DNA of 64,000 bases from an uncultured Marinobacterium sp. (GCA_963666955.1 OY762942.1:297269-361268); one strand, 5' to 3'; counted from the first letter of the stretch, positions 10,558 through 21,384 are shown. The notes: generated by a model from the letters alone, not told the origin. Program-made: numbers and translations.

Positions 10558-11289
10558 TCAGCCCAATACACGGATCAGCGGCTGGTCACCACTGAAGTCG
10601 ACCTGAGCGTCGACCTGATACACTTGGCGGATCGCCTCAGGTGTCAGCACCTGTTTCGGCGTGCCGATGGCATGCACGCGGCCGCTGTCGAGCAGCACCA
10701 GACGGTCGCACCAATGCGCCGCCAGATTCAGGTCATGAAGCGACAGGATAACACTGCGTGTCCCCTGTGCGTGTTTGCGCAACAGCTCCAATACTCGCTG
10801 CTGGTAGTGCAAATCCAGACTGGCAAGCGGCTCGTCGGCGAGGATGATATCGGGCCGGCCCGCCAGTACCCGCGCCAACCAGACACGCGCCTGCTCGCCA
10901 CCGGACAGGTGATCGACGCGGGAGTCGAGCCACTCGGACACGCCGGTATGCTCCGCCGCCTGCTCGATCAGGCCCGCATCCTCGTCGCCCCAGGGCAGGC
11001 GTCCCAACGCGATCACATCAGCTACTTTCAGCGCCCAGGCACTCTGGCAGCGCTGGGGCAGCAGCGCGATGCGCCGTGCCCGCTTAAGGCCGTGCAGCTG
11101 GCTCAGATCCTCTCCTTCCAACGCGATGTGGCCACCATAGGCCTGCAGCCCGGCGATACACTCCAGCAACGACGACTTGCCGGCGCCATTGGGGCCGATG
11201 ACGCCGAGCAGCTCACCCGACTCCAGGCCCAGGTTGATACCAGCCAAACGGCTGTCCAGCTGCAGTTGTTCGATGGAGATCAGAGCCAT
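10558..11289 (-). CDS. btuD: ABC transporter ATP-binding protein (cobalamin/iron-siderophore type)
   Basis: 243 aa with Walker A (GPNGAGKSS), the LSGGE signature and Walker B (ILADEP). Overlaps the permease gene. Confidence 0.85.
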   Translation of the reverse strand: MALISIEQLQLDSRLAGINLGLESGELLGVIGPNGAGKSSLLECIAGLQAYGGHIALEGEDLSQLHGLKRARRIALLPQRCQSAWALKVADVIALGRLPWGDEDAGLIEQAAEHTGVSEWLDSRVDHLSGGEQARVWLARVLAGRPDIILADEPLASLDLHYQQRVLELLRKHAQGTRSVILSLHDLNLAAHWCDRLVLLDSGRVHAIGTPKQVLTPEAIRQVYQVDAQVDFSGDQPLIRVLG

Positions 11290-12254
11290 TTTTTGCGCTC
11301 CTGCCAGACCAGCCAGATAAACAGCGGCGCGCCGATCAGCGATGTCAGTACGCCCAACTTGAGTTCGCGGCCCGGCGGCATGCCGCGCACGGCGATATCG
11401 GCCAGACAGACCAGAATGGCACCGGCCAGCGCCGCCGGGATCAGAATGCGGTCGGGCCGGTTGCGCACCAGCGGCCTCACCAGGTGCGGCACCAGTAGGC
11501 CAACAAAGCCGATGGCACCGGCCACTGCCACCGAGGCCCCTACCAGCAGGGCGGCGCCAAGAATGATCAAACGACTGCCACGGGCGTAGGAGAACCCCAT
11601 GCTCTGCGCCACCTGTTCACCCAGACTCAGGCCCAGCAGCAAACGGCGCTGGCTCCAGATCAGGCCGCCACCGAGCAGCAGCGCCGGCAGCAATATCCAC
11701 AAGTGATCCAGCCCCCGTTCGGAGACCGAACCGAGCAACCAGAACACCAGCTCCGACAGAGCAAAGGGGTTGGGGGCAAAGTTCAGTACCGCCGCCAGCA
11801 GCGCACCGGTCAACGTGGAGATCGCCAGCCCCGCCATGATCACCATCGCCTGTCGCGAAGGGCCGGCCAGCAACAGCATCAGCGACATGGCGATGCTGGC
11901 GCCAATCAGTCCGGCCAGCGCCGGGGCCGCCGCACCCGCCGCCGGGAAAAGGCCGAAATAAAACACACTGGCCGCGCCCAGCGCCGCGCCCTGACTGGCA
12001 CCAGTCAGCCCCGGATCGGCCAGTGGGTTGCGCAGCAGCCCCTGCAGGGCGGCGCCGCTCATGCCCAGCGCTGCCCCTACAGTCAGCGCCAGCAGGGTAC
12101 GTGGCAGGCGAATCTCGCCGATGACGATGGCAGCGGCACTGTCAGCGCCCTGCAGCCATTGCCAGAGGCCCTCCAGCACGGCGATATCGCTGGAGCCCAC
12201 ATGCAGCGACACCAGCGCGGTCAACAGCATCAACAGAGTCAGTGCGGGGGTCAT
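11280..12254 (-). CDS. btuC: FecCD-family ABC permease (BtuC-like)
   Basis: 324-aa polytopic membrane protein, FecCD/BtuC-like, within the cob/btu operon. Confidence 0.85.
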   Translation of the reverse strand: MTPALTLLMLLTALVSLHVGSSDIAVLEGLWQWLQGADSAAAIVIGEIRLPRTLLALTVGAALGMSGAALQGLLRNPLADPGLTGASQGAALGAASVFYFGLFPAAGAAAPALAGLIGASIAMSLMLLLAGPSRQAMVIMAGLAISTLTGALLAAVLNFAPNPFALSELVFWLLGSVSERGLDHLWILLPALLLGGGLIWSQRRLLLGLSLGEQVAQSMGFSYARGSRLIILGAALLVGASVAVAGAIGFVGLLVPHLVRPLVRNRPDRILIPAALAGAILVCLADIAVRGMPPGRELKLGVLTSLIGAPLFIWLVWQERKKWL

Positions 12255-13123
12255 TTCGTCCTCTTAGTGTGTGAAGGGCTTTGTAACAGGTGTGATAACC
12301 GTTGTTGTAACTGCTTTTGTAACTCTTGCCGCAACTGTTCGATCAGCTCCCAGGTCCATGGACCGGGGCATTGCCAGCGCCAGTTCTCGGTTGGCAGCCA
12401 GCCGCTGACTGACACACTGTGCCTCAGCGCCGGGTGGTCGGCAAAGCGGCTGGCCAGCGCCTGAGCCTCGGGGCTACTCCATAGAATGGCGTCGGGCGGG
12501 TCAGTAACTACTCGCTCCAGATCCAGCCGTTCGTAGCGTACTCCGGTCAAATAATTGCGCCAGCCCGCCTGACGTATGATCTGGTCTTCAAAGGTATTCG
12601 GGCCGGTACCGATGCCGTTGGGGCCGAGCAGCAGCAGGCGGGGGGCATCGACGGCAGGCTCACGAGGTTCAGGCGCAGGATGGGCCAGGTCCGGCGAGCG
12701 CCCGATCAGGCTCAGTACACGCCCCTCATAGGCTTCAATTTCAGCCAGAGTGCGCGGCAGCGTTACCAGCTCAACCGGCAGCTGCAAGGTTTGCAAGCGC
12801 TTACGCAGCATCAGCGCATTGTGCTGGCCGACGATGATCAAATCGGGCTTGAGGCTGAATACCTGTTCCAGCGAGCCGTCATGGCTGGGCCAGCCCTCCA
12901 GGGGCCAGGGTAGCGGGAAGCGCTGGTGCATCGGCGACAGGGCGGCGACCTGAGCGCGGTCGGCATGCAAGGCCAGCATCCGATCCATGCACAGATCCAG
13001 CGAGACCACTCGCTCGGGGCGCACCGCGGCCAGAGCCGGCAAGCTGAGCAGGCCGGTTAATACCAGCAGGCCTATCCGCAGTAACCTTGGCCACAGCGGG
13101 CCGGGCCGCAGCCGCCCTCTCAT
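12251..13123 (-). CDS. btuF: Periplasmic substrate-binding protein (BtuF-like, cobalamin ABC transporter)
   Basis: 290 aa with a signal peptide ([15 protein letters not shown]). Class III binding-protein-like. Overlaps both cobQ and btuC by 4 nt. Confidence 0.7.
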   Translation of the reverse strand: MRGRLRPGPLWPRLLRIGLLVLTGLLSLPALAAVRPERVVSLDLCMDRMLALHADRAQVAALSPMHQRFPLPWPLEGWPSHDGSLEQVFSLKPDLIIVGQHNALMLRKRLQTLQLPVELVTLPRTLAEIEAYEGRVLSLIGRSPDLAHPAPEPREPAVDAPRLLLLGPNGIGTGPNTFEDQIIRQAGWRNYLTGVRYERLDLERVVTDPPDAILWSSPEAQALASRFADHPALRHSVSVSGWLPTENWRWQCPGPWTWELIEQLRQELQKQLQQRLSHLLQSPSHTKRTK

Positions 13124-14610
13124 GCGCCAGCCTTGTGCGCGGGCAGATCCAGCAGCGCCAGCACCGCGTCCATATCCAGATGCTGCTCCAGCGTATCGGC
13201 GAGACGGTTGATGCCGTCCTCTCGCAGCTGGTGATAGTCCAGCGCTTCGGCCTGCTCAAGCCCCGCCCAGCGCAGCACCAATTGTGTAACTTCAGGGGTT
13301 TCGAACAGGCCGTGCAGGTAAGTACCCACTATCTGGCTGTCATCCGACTGAGCGCCATCCGGTCCCTCTGCCAGCTGCACCAGCGCGGGACAGCCCTCGC
13401 CCACCTCGGTAACGCCGCAATGGATCTCGTAGCCGCTGACCGGCACCGTCTCGCCGGCCAGCGTCATCCAGCCCTGCACATTGAGCAGCGCCTTTTCACC
13501 TGCAAGGACCGTGCGGATCGGTAGCCAGCCAAGACCGGCACTCTCGCCCTCCTCCCCTTCGATGCCCTGAGGGTCGGCGATGCACATACCCAGCATCTGG
13601 TAGCCGCCACAGATCCCCAGCAGCTTGCCGCCATAGCGCAAATGACGCTGCAGGTATTCCTCCCAGCCCTGAGACCTGAGCCAGTTCAGGTCCGGCCGGA
13701 CCGCCTTGGAACCGGGCAGAATCACCAGATCGGCCGATGGCTTGGGCTGGTCCGGGCCAACGAAGTGCAGCCGCACCTGGGGATGCAGGCGCAGCGGGTC
13801 GAAGTCGGTATGGTTGCTGATATGCGGCAGCACCGGCACTACTACATCCAGCACCCGGTCGGCGCGTTCGATATCCGGTTCTTCGCTGATCGCATCTTCG
13901 GCTTCCAGGTGCAGACCGTGCAGGTAGGGCAACACGCCCAGCACCGGCTTGCCGGTATAGCCTTCCAGCCAGTCCAGTCCCGACTGCAGCAGAGCAATAT
14001 CGCCGCGGAAACGGTTGATGACGAAGCCCCGGATCCGCGCCTGCTCGGTTTCGCTGAGCAGCGCCAGGGTACCGACCAGATGAGCGAAGACGCCGCCCTT
14101 GTCGATATCGGCAATCAGGAGCACCGGGCAATCCACTCGCTCGGCAAAGCCCATGTTGGCGATATCGCGGTCGCGCAGGTTGATCTCGGCGGGCGAGCCT
14201 GCCCCCTCTACCAGCACCGCGTCGTACTGCTCGCAGAGACGCTGGTGGGACTCGGCCACCGCCTGCCAGGCGATGGACTTGTAATCGTGGTAGCGCTTGG
14301 CTTCCATGTTATCCACAGCGCGGCCGTGAATGATCACCTGAGCCCCGGTATCGCTGCAAGGCTTGAGCAGCACCGGGTTCATATCCACATGGGGCATTAA
14401 TCCACAGGCCTGAGCCTGCACCGCCTGGGCGCGGCCGATCTCGCCGCCCTCGGCGGTGACGGCACTGTTCAGCGCCATGTTCTGCGGCTTGAACGGCGCC
14501 ACGGCGATGCCGCGTTGCTGCAGCACCCGACACAAACCCGCCACCAGCGTGCTCTTGCCGGCATCGGAGGTGGTGCCCTGCACCATCAGGGTTTTCTGTC
14601 GATCGGTCAT
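13120..14610 (-). CDS. cobQ: Cobyric acid synthase
   Basis: ORF 13120-14730. Start at [20 protein letters not shown] preferred, giving a 1-nt overlap with the upstream stop. C-terminal glutamine amidotransferase domain. Confidence 0.9.
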   Translation of the reverse strand: MTDRQKTLMVQGTTSDAGKSTLVAGLCRVLQQRGIAVAPFKPQNMALNSAVTAEGGEIGRAQAVQAQACGLMPHVDMNPVLLKPCSDTGAQVIIHGRAVDNMEAKRYHDYKSIAWQAVAESHQRLCEQYDAVLVEGAGSPAEINLRDRDIANMGFAERVDCPVLLIADIDKGGVFAHLVGTLALLSETEQARIRGFVINRFRGDIALLQSGLDWLEGYTGKPVLGVLPYLHGLHLEAEDAISEEPDIERADRVLDVVVPVLPHISNHTDFDPLRLHPQVRLHFVGPDQPKPSADLVILPGSKAVRPDLNWLRSQGWEEYLQRHLRYGGKLLGICGGYQMLGMCIADPQGIEGEEGESAGLGWLPIRTVLAGEKALLNVQGWMTLAGETVPVSGYEIHCGVTEVGEGCPALVQLAEGPDGAQSDDSQIVGTYLHGLFETPEVTQLVLRWAGLEQAEALDYHQLREDGINRLADTLEQHLDMDAVLALLDLPAHKAGA

Positions 14611-15620
14611 TATCGAATCTCGTTGAGTAGATGTTCGAGCCGCTGCCATTCGACTTCGTTTCCCGGCAGGCCGAAGCGCAAGGCAGCAGGCTGCTCGAAG
14701 CGTCGAATCAGAATACCAGCCCGAGCACACTGATGCTCAATCTCGACCGCCTGCCCGGTTACCACATAGCCAAACAGTGCCGTGGTTAGTACAGGCTCGG
14801 ACAGGTATTGCTCCAGCAATCCCTTCAATCGGGCCTGCTGAAGCTGAAGGCTGTCTCTCGTGCCCCGCTGCCATTCCCGGTCCGCCAATGCCTGGCGGGC
14901 AATATAGCGAGCGGGATGACTGATCGCCCAGGGACCCAGCTTGTGCGACAGCAGTTGCAGCAGGTCGCTATGCGCACAGACAGCCCCGACACGGAGACCG
15001 GCCAGGCCGAAAAACTTGCCCAGTGAGCGCAGCACGATCAACCCTTCCGGCATGGGATCTACGATCAGGCTAAGCTCCGGCGTGGCATCGATAAAGGCTT
15101 CATCCACCAGCAGCCAGCCGCCGCGGCGGGCCAGCCGGGCGTGCCAGTCACGCAGCTGCTCGACACTGAAACGAACGCCGCTCGGGTTGCAGGGATTGAT
15201 CAGCACCAGTACGTCGAGCTCATCGATGAAGGCATCAATCTGCTCGGCCGACAGTGGCTGCAGCTGATGCCCCTGTTGTTGCCAGCGATAACCGTGTTCC
15301 GCGTAAGCCGGGTTCAGCATGCCGATCAGCGCACGTCCTCGTTGTTCAAGGAAACACTGCGGCAGTGCCTGAATGGCGGCCTGGGAACCCGCTGCCAGCA
15401 GCAGATCGCGACTGCCGTAATAGTCGCAGGCCACCTGTTGCAGGCCATCGTCCTCTTCCGGCAAGCGGCAGAACACCTCGGCCGGCAGTGCGGGCACTGG
15501 CCAGCCGTTCGGGTTGATGCCGGTGGACAGGTCCAGCCACTGCTCGCGCGGAATGCCGTATTGAGCCACAGCTGCGTTCAGGCGACCGCCATGCAGCGGC
15601 ACTGGGGATAATTTATGCAC
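14610..15620 (-). CDS. cobD: Threonine-phosphate decarboxylase (class I/II aminotransferase fold)
   Basis: 336 aa. Aminotransferase-like sequence in a cob operon context. Confidence 0.8.
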   Translation of the reverse strand: MHKLSPVPLHGGRLNAAVAQYGIPREQWLDLSTGINPNGWPVPALPAEVFCRLPEEDDGLQQVACDYYGSRDLLLAAGSQAAIQALPQCFLEQRGRALIGMLNPAYAEHGYRWQQQGHQLQPLSAEQIDAFIDELDVLVLINPCNPSGVRFSVEQLRDWHARLARRGGWLLVDEAFIDATPELSLIVDPMPEGLIVLRSLGKFFGLAGLRVGAVCAHSDLLQLLSHKLGPWAISHPARYIARQALADREWQRGTRDSLQLQQARLKGLLEQYLSEPVLTTALFGYVVTGQAVEIEHQCARAGILIRRFEQPAALRFGLPGNEVEWQRLEHLLNEIR

Positions 15621-15686
15621 AGCAGGCCCCGCCCTTCCGGTACTGTGGGTAATTTTGCCATCGAACAGGTGAGTGGATAAAAACGG

Positions 15687-16586
15687 TCACTGAGTTCTTC
15701 CCAGCACGACCAGCAACGCGATAGAAAGTATCCACAGCCCCAGCGCCGAATCGACCAGCCTCAGGGCGCGGGACAGGTCACGCGGTTGCGCCTCGGGCCC
15801 CTCTCCCAGCACCGGCTTGTCGACCCAGCGACCGCGATAGCAGGTCGGACCACCCAGCTGTACCCCCAGCGCTCCGGCCCCGGCGGCCATCACCGGGCCT
15901 GCGTTGGGGCTGTCATGCCGGGGCGCCTGCTTGCGCCAGCAGCGCAATGCCCGCCGGGTATGGCCGCACAGGGCATAACTGAGCGCGGTCAGCCGCGCCG
16001 GGACCAGCCCGACCCAATCGTCCAGTCGCGCCGCCGCCCAGCCGAAGTGCAGCAAGCGCTCGCTGCGATAGCCCCACATGGCGTCCAGGGTATTGATCAG
16101 ACGGAACGCCAGTGCGCCCGGCGCGCCCGCGATGCAGAACCAGAAAATGGCGCCGAACACCGCATCACTGCCGTTTTCCAGCACCGACTCCACCGCCGTG
16201 CGCTCCACCTCCAGCTCGGCGGCATCACGACTGCAGATCCAGGAGGTCAGGCGACGGGCTTCATTCCGGTCACCCCGCAACAGCGCTCGCATAATCGGCT
16301 GGATATGCCGTTTCAGGCTTTCCAGTCCCAGGGTGAACCAGAGTACCAGCACGGCGATCAGCTCACCCAGTACCGGGATCTGCACCAACGCCGCGATCAG
16401 CAACACCGGCGGCAACACCAGCAAGAGCACCAGCAGCAGGCCTTTCAGCCGGCGCATCTCACCTGAGTTGAATCGGGCCTCCAGCCAGTTGGCACAGCGG
16501 CCAAAGCCCACCAGCGGATGCCAGCGAGCAGGCTCGCCCAGCCAGCGGTCGATCAGCACGGCGACGATCAGCTGCAGCGCCAGCAT
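15687..16586 (-). CDS. cbiB: Adenosylcobinamide-phosphate synthase
   Basis: 299-aa membrane protein with a CbiB/CobD-type N-terminus (DRWLGEPARWHPLVGFG). Confidence 0.9.
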   Translation of the reverse strand: MLALQLIVAVLIDRWLGEPARWHPLVGFGRCANWLEARFNSGEMRRLKGLLLVLLLVLPPVLLIAALVQIPVLGELIAVLVLWFTLGLESLKRHIQPIMRALLRGDRNEARRLTSWICSRDAAELEVERTAVESVLENGSDAVFGAIFWFCIAGAPGALAFRLINTLDAMWGYRSERLLHFGWAAARLDDWVGLVPARLTALSYALCGHTRRALRCWRKQAPRHDSPNAGPVMAAGAGALGVQLGGPTCYRGRWVDKPVLGEGPEAQPRDLSRALRLVDSALGLWILSIALLVVLGRTQ

Positions 16587-16593
16587 CGAGGAC

Positions 16594-17925
16594 TCAGGGC
16601 TTGAACAGCTGAGCGACAGCTGCCGGGTTGGAGGGGAAATAGAGATGGATATAGGACGCCGTCAGCCGCTTGAGCCGATAGACCGGCTCGGCGGCACGAC
16701 GGCCGTTGGGGCATTCACCACGCGCGATCGGCGCCAGCTCGGTGTCAGTGACCGAATGGTGGAAGGTGTGGCCGCGCAGCTCCCCACCGTCCAGTTGCAG
16801 GCGCTGCAGCCCCAGCGCGGCAAAGCGCTTTTGCATCCGGGCCCGCGAGGGCAGCAAACTACAGAGTTCGGCCGACTCTCCTTCCAGTGTGGTCAGCTCC
16901 TCGCCCAGCCAGAGCATGCCACCGCATTCTGCCAGCATCGGTTTGCCGGCCTGATAGTGAGCTCTCACATCCGCCATCAGAGACCTGTTGCCGGACAGCG
17001 CTTCCAGATGCAGTTCCGGGTAGCCGCCCGGCAGCCAGAGCGCATCCACCTCGGGCAGATGCGGATCGGCCAAAGGCGAGAAAAACACCAGCTCGGCCCC
17101 CAGCCGCTCAAGCGTGCGCAGGTTGGCCGGGTAGATAAACGAGAAGGCGGCATCACGAGCGATGCCGATGTGCACGCCCTGCAGCAGGGGTTCAATCGCG
17201 GCCACCGGCTGGGGTTCGAAAGTAATCGCCGGGGGCAGCTCGCTGCCAGCGCTCTGTTCCAGCGCCTGGGCGGCAGCTTCGATACGCTGTTCCAGATCGG
17301 CAATTTCGTCGCCCTGCACCAGTCCCAGATGACGGCTGGGCAAACTGATCGCCTCATCGCGTGGCAGCGCGCCGTACCAGCGCAGCGGCTTTTCGTGTGG
17401 CGAGGCGAGCAGGGCTTCGGCCAGCATCTGGCCGTGGCCGGCACTGCCGACCCGATTGCCCAGTACGCCGCTGAACGGCAGGCCGGGACGGAAACAGGCC
17501 AGGCCGTGCGCCAGTGCCGCGAAGGTCTGCGCCATGCCGCCGGCATCGATCACCGCCAGCACCGGGATGCCGAACAGCTCGGCCAGATCGGCACTGGACG
17601 GGTTGCCGTCGAACAACCCCATGACGCCTTCAATCAGGATCAGATCCGCCTCGCCGGCGGCCTCCCAGAGCTGCTGCTTGCACAGCTGCGGCGAGCCCAT
17701 GAACAGGTCCAGCTGCTCGACATCACAGCTGGCGGCGCGGCTCAGAATCATCGGATCAAGGAAGTCGGGACCGGTCTTGAACACGCGGACCCGGCGGCCC
17801 TGGTTACGGTGCAGGCGCGCCAGCGCAGCGGTCACCGTGGTCTTGCCCTGCCCCGACGCCGGCGCCGAAATCAGCAGTGCCGGACACTGCCGGGGCTCGG
17901 CGCTTACAGGCAGGTCAGTCATCAC
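16594..17925 (-). CDS. cbiA: Cobyrinic acid a,c-diamide synthase
   Basis: 443 aa with an N-terminal ATP-binding motif (SAPASGQGKTT) and a C-terminal amidotransferase domain. Confidence 0.9.
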   Translation of the reverse strand: MMTDLPVSAEPRQCPALLISAPASGQGKTTVTAALARLHRNQGRRVRVFKTGPDFLDPMILSRAASCDVEQLDLFMGSPQLCKQQLWEAAGEADLILIEGVMGLFDGNPSSADLAELFGIPVLAVIDAGGMAQTFAALAHGLACFRPGLPFSGVLGNRVGSAGHGQMLAEALLASPHEKPLRWYGALPRDEAISLPSRHLGLVQGDEIADLEQRIEAAAQALEQSAGSELPPAITFEPQPVAAIEPLLQGVHIGIARDAAFSFIYPANLRTLERLGAELVFFSPLADPHLPEVDALWLPGGYPELHLEALSGNRSLMADVRAHYQAGKPMLAECGGMLWLGEELTTLEGESAELCSLLPSRARMQKRFAALGLQRLQLDGGELRGHTFHHSVTDTELAPIARGECPNGRRAAEPVYRLKRLTASYIHLYFPSNPAAVAQLFKP

Positions 17926-18542
17926 AGCTCCACGCCCTTCTGGGCCCGGATGCCGTCCTTGAAGGCATGCTTGACCACCTGCATCTCGGTGACCGTATCG
18001 GCGGCGTCGATCAGTGCCTGAGGCGCACCGCGACCGGTGACCACCACATGCTGCATTTCGGGACGGTTGCGCAGGGCTTCGAGCAGCTCATCCAGGTCAA
18101 CGTACTGGTACTTGAGCGCGATATTCAGCTCGTCCAGCACCACCAGCGACACCGCGGGATCGGCCAGCAGTTCGCGCGCCTTGTTCCAGGCGTCGGTGGC
18201 GGCCTTGAGGTCACGCTCCCGATCCTGGGTCTCCCAGGTAAAACCCTCGCCCATCACGTGGTAGCGCACCTCGGGGAAGCGGCGGAAAAACGCCTCTTCC
18301 CCGGTGCTGAAGCTGCCCTTGATGAACTGCACCACGCCCACCTGCATGCCATGACCCAGTGCCCGTGCCAGCATGCCGAAGGCGGAACTGCTCTTACCCT
18401 TGCCGTTGCCGGTCAGCACCAGCAGTACGCCCTGGTCACGGTCGGCGCGGGCGATCGCTTGATCAACCACGGCTTTCTTGCGTTCCATGCGCGCCTTGTG
18501 GCGCTGGTCACGGCTTTCTGTACGGGACGGGTCATCACTCAT
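17922..18542 (-). CDS. cobO: Cob(I)yrinic acid a,c-diamide adenosyltransferase
   Basis: 206 aa, CobO/BtuR-like (LTGNGKGKSSSAFG). Overlaps both neighbouring genes by 4 nt. Confidence 0.9.
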   Translation of the reverse strand: MSDDPSRTESRDQRHKARMERKKAVVDQAIARADRDQGVLLVLTGNGKGKSSSAFGMLARALGHGMQVGVVQFIKGSFSTGEEAFFRRFPEVRYHVMGEGFTWETQDRERDLKAATDAWNKARELLADPAVSLVVLDELNIALKYQYVDLDELLEALRNRPEMQHVVVTGRGAPQALIDAADTVTEMQVVKHAFKDGIRAQKGVEL

Positions 18543-19111
18543 GTGCGGGTGAGCTCCAGATAGGTTTTGAATTGGAGAGACAGGGTATACAGCATTGACG
18601 CCAGGCCAGTGTAACCCAGCAACGCCGGCAGTTTACCCGGAAAATACTGCTCGATGCGGCCCCAGAGCCCCGCCAGGCTGGTGGTTTCGAAGTTGCCCGA
18701 GAAAAAATAGTAGCCGCCGCTGGAGAACAGGTTGCTGACAAAGGCACCCACCAACAGGCACAGCAGCAGCGGGCCCAGCGTGGACAGGCGGTCCCGGTGC
18801 AGGCGTGCATACCGGCGCCCGGCATACCAGAGCGTGGCATAGGCCGGCACCAGCATGCCATAGGCCGGAGTGATGCAATGCGCTTCGGCACCGCTCCAGC
18901 CGTAGTAGCTCAGGTCCAGCAGCACCGCTTCCAGAAACAGCAACGGAAAACTCCACAGCGGACGCAGGAACACACCGGCCAGGAAGAACACCGCCCAGGA
19001 CGCGCTGGGCAGGTGTTCAACCGAAGCAAAGTGATGTCCCCGCGTCAGCGCCAGCAGCAGAATCAGGCCGAGGCCGGTCAGCAGCTGGGCGCGTGACGAC
19101 AGGTTGATCAT
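18539..19111 (-). CDS. Uncharacterised integral membrane protein encoded inside the B12 operon
   Basis: 190 aa with about 5 hydrophobic segments. Overlaps cobO by 4 nt and lies 18 nt downstream of btuB. I recognise no family. Confidence 0.6.
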   Translation of the reverse strand: MINLSSRAQLLTGLGLILLLALTRGHHFASVEHLPSASWAVFFLAGVFLRPLWSFPLLFLEAVLLDLSYYGWSGAEAHCITPAYGMLVPAYATLWYAGRRYARLHRDRLSTLGPLLLCLLVGAFVSNLFSSGGYYFFSGNFETTSLAGLWGRIEQYFPGKLPALLGYTGLASMLYTLSLQFKTYLELTRT

Positions 19112-19129
19112 GAGAAGGCTCCGTCAGAT

Positions 19130-20926
19130 TCAGGGGGCGTAGTGCAGTGACAGCCAGTAAGTGCGGTCCGGCTGGTTGTAGCCGTAAGCGGTCTGGTAGC
19201 CTTCGTCGAGCAGATTTTCGACCTTGGCTTTCAGCGACCAGTCCTGACTCAGCTGGTAGCGGCCGCGCAGATCGACGGTGGTGTAGCCGGACAACCGTTC
19301 ATTGCCATCCTGGCGCTTGCCAACGGCATGCAGAGTGCCACCCAGTGCGTAGGCGCCAAAATCACGGTCGGCGGACAGGGTGAACGCCTTGCGGGCACGG
19401 CGGTTAAGCAGAGAGTCATCAGCACGGTCTTTCGGGTCCATCAGGTCCAGGCTGGTGCTCAGATCCCAGTTGGCAATCTGGGTCGCCGCTGTCAGTTCCA
19501 GACCACGGATACGGGCTTCGTCGACGTTGACCGGGATCCAGCGCCAGGGATCAGCCGATGTCGGTGCCGGAGCCCAGGCGATCAGGTTGTCGATATCGGT
19601 CTGGTAGAGATTGGCCGACCAGTTTACACCGGCATGATCACCGGACAGTCCCAGCTCCCAGGAGTCGGACTCTTCCGGCTGCAGATCAGGGTTGCCGGCA
19701 CCCGGCCAGTAAAGGTCATTGAACGTCGGCGCCTTGAATGCGGTGCCATAGCTGGCGGTCAGACGGAAATTGCGTGGCAGTTCCACACCCCAGGCCAGGG
19801 ACCCGGTGGTCTCGCCACCAAATTGCTCGTTATCATCGTGACGCAGGCTAACGGAGACATCATGCGCGCCGAGGTACATCTGGTAAAGCCCGAATACCCC
19901 GGTATTGTCGCGGCTGGTGACGTCGTAGTTACTGCTGTCGCTGCTGATTTCGTCATCCTGATAGTCCACGCCCCAGGTCAGCTGGTTGCTGACGCCTATC
20001 TGATGGCTGCTCTGCAGGGAGAGGCTATCCCGCTCAGTATCGAAATTGCTTGTCCAGTCACCACTGAGGTAATTGTCAGATTCATCCTGATTGCGGCCGA
20101 TACGGGCTTCAAGCTGCCAGCTATCCGTGGGATTCAGGCGTAGAACACCTCCCAGCGTTTGAATACGGCTGCGACTTTCATTCTGCCAACTGCCGTCGAA
20201 CTCGTTGTCACCCTCGTTACGAGTCCAGAAGAGTTCCGCCTCAACCTGCTCAGAAAAACGGTAGCCACCACGCAGCGCGTAGGAGCGGTTGTCGTAACCA
20301 TCATCGTCCAGCTCGCCGTCATTCTGGGCATCAAAACCATCGGTGGTGTAGTCACTGACGCTCAGGTTGTACCAGCCCTGACCCTCGCCACCGGAAACTC
20401 CCAGGGTCACTTCACGGCTGTCATCACTGCCGACACCGGCGCTGAAGCGGGGCTTGAAGCCTTCGCCCCCCTTGCGGGTGAAGATCTGGATTACGCCACC
20501 AATCGCTTCGGAACCGTACAGTGAAGAACGAGGACCACGGACGATCTCGATCCGTTCGATCTGCTCCGGTGCCAAATCCTGAAAGGCCACGGCGCCATTG
20601 GTCGCAGAACCGGCTTTAATACCATCGATCAGCACCAGCACATGGTCGGAGTTGGTACCGCGCAGGAAGATGGAAGTCGCCTTGCCACGACCACCAGTGT
20701 TGGTCACCACCACGCCCGGTGTCTGCTCCAGCAGTTCGGTGACGGTCTGCGCCTGCTTGCGCTCAATCTCTTCACGATCGATCACGGTCACGGACGCCAG
20801 CGCCTGGTCGGCAGTCTGCGCCGTGCGCGTTGCCGTTACCAGCAGGGTATCGGGGTTGGTCTGAGCCTGAGCGGCCAGGGTAGTGGTACCCAGCAGCAGT
20901 ACTGCCGGAAGGGAAATTGCTTTCAT
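19130..20926 (-). CDS. btuB: TonB-dependent vitamin B12 outer-membrane receptor
   Basis: ORF 19130-21034. Start at MKAISLPAVLLLGTTTLAAQA (signal peptide) preferred. Has a TonB box (DTLLVTA) and a C-terminal beta-barrel ending in an aromatic-rich segment. Confidence 0.9.
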   Translation of the reverse strand: MKAISLPAVLLLGTTTLAAQAQTNPDTLLVTATRTAQTADQALASVTVIDREEIERKQAQTVTELLEQTPGVVVTNTGGRGKATSIFLRGTNSDHVLVLIDGIKAGSATNGAVAFQDLAPEQIERIEIVRGPRSSLYGSEAIGGVIQIFTRKGGEGFKPRFSAGVGSDDSREVTLGVSGGEGQGWYNLSVSDYTTDGFDAQNDGELDDDGYDNRSYALRGGYRFSEQVEAELFWTRNEGDNEFDGSWQNESRSRIQTLGGVLRLNPTDSWQLEARIGRNQDESDNYLSGDWTSNFDTERDSLSLQSSHQIGVSNQLTWGVDYQDDEISSDSSNYDVTSRDNTGVFGLYQMYLGAHDVSVSLRHDDNEQFGGETTGSLAWGVELPRNFRLTASYGTAFKAPTFNDLYWPGAGNPDLQPEESDSWELGLSGDHAGVNWSANLYQTDIDNLIAWAPAPTSADPWRWIPVNVDEARIRGLELTAATQIANWDLSTSLDLMDPKDRADDSLLNRRARKAFTLSADRDFGAYALGGTLHAVGKRQDGNERLSGYTTVDLRGRYQLSQDWSLKAKVENLLDEGYQTAYGYNQPDRTYWLSLHYAP

Positions 20927-21034
20927 GATCTGCCTGACTTTGTGCGCGTGCCAGCCCGCACGCGATTTGAAATAAAGATAACGCTCAGGCATGGACGGAC
21001 AGCAGCCAGAAGGGGGAAGGACTGCGCCAGTCAT

Positions 21035-21240
21035 TACCGCCCACCGCGATACCGACTACAGTGCTTCAGGCCGGTCTCCGGGCTCAGGCGTCAGGCCGTA
21101 TGGCCAGGAGGGATGACGCCTTCCCATATCCGCGGATACAGTGGCTTTTCGTCATCACCTCACGCCTCTACCGTTGCGGGGGCAGCGTCGGCATTGCACC
21201 CGATCTCCGACCGGGTACGCACCGACTTCCCGTTTAAGTG
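21035..21240 (-). promoter_or_regulatory. Cobalamin (B12) riboswitch in the btuB leader
   Basis: The minus strand reads AAACGGGAAGTCGGTG...GGTGCAATGCCGACGCTGCCCCCGCAACGGTAGAGG...AGCCCGGAGACCGGCC. The last element is the B12 box (plus-strand 21069-21084). The conserved elements appear in canonical order upstream of btuB. Confidence 0.85.
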
Positions 21241-21276
21241 CTGAACAGCTGTTCAGTACACCGGAAGCACGCGCGG

Positions 21277-21305
21277 ATTCTAGGGAGTAGGACAACTGAG
21301 GTCAA
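21277..21305 (-). promoter_or_regulatory. Sigma70-type promoter of the btuB/cob operon
   Basis: Minus strand reads TTGACC-N17-TAGAAT, with -35 at 21300-21305 and -10 at 21277-21282. It lies about 30 nt upstream of the riboswitch. Confidence 0.5.
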
Positions 21306-21346
21306 ACGGAGACTGTTCAAGTGAAGATGAGCGGAACCGAACCGGC

Positions 21347-21384
21347 AAAAAAATCGCCGCCCTCCGGGGGAGTGGAGGGCGGCG
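21347..21384 (-). terminator. Rho-independent terminator (ends the sRNA candidate)
   Basis: Stem CGCCGCCCTCC / GGAGGGCGGCG (21355-21365 and 21374-21384) with an 8-nt loop. A T7 run follows on the minus strand (plus-strand A-run 21347-21353). Confidence 0.6.
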
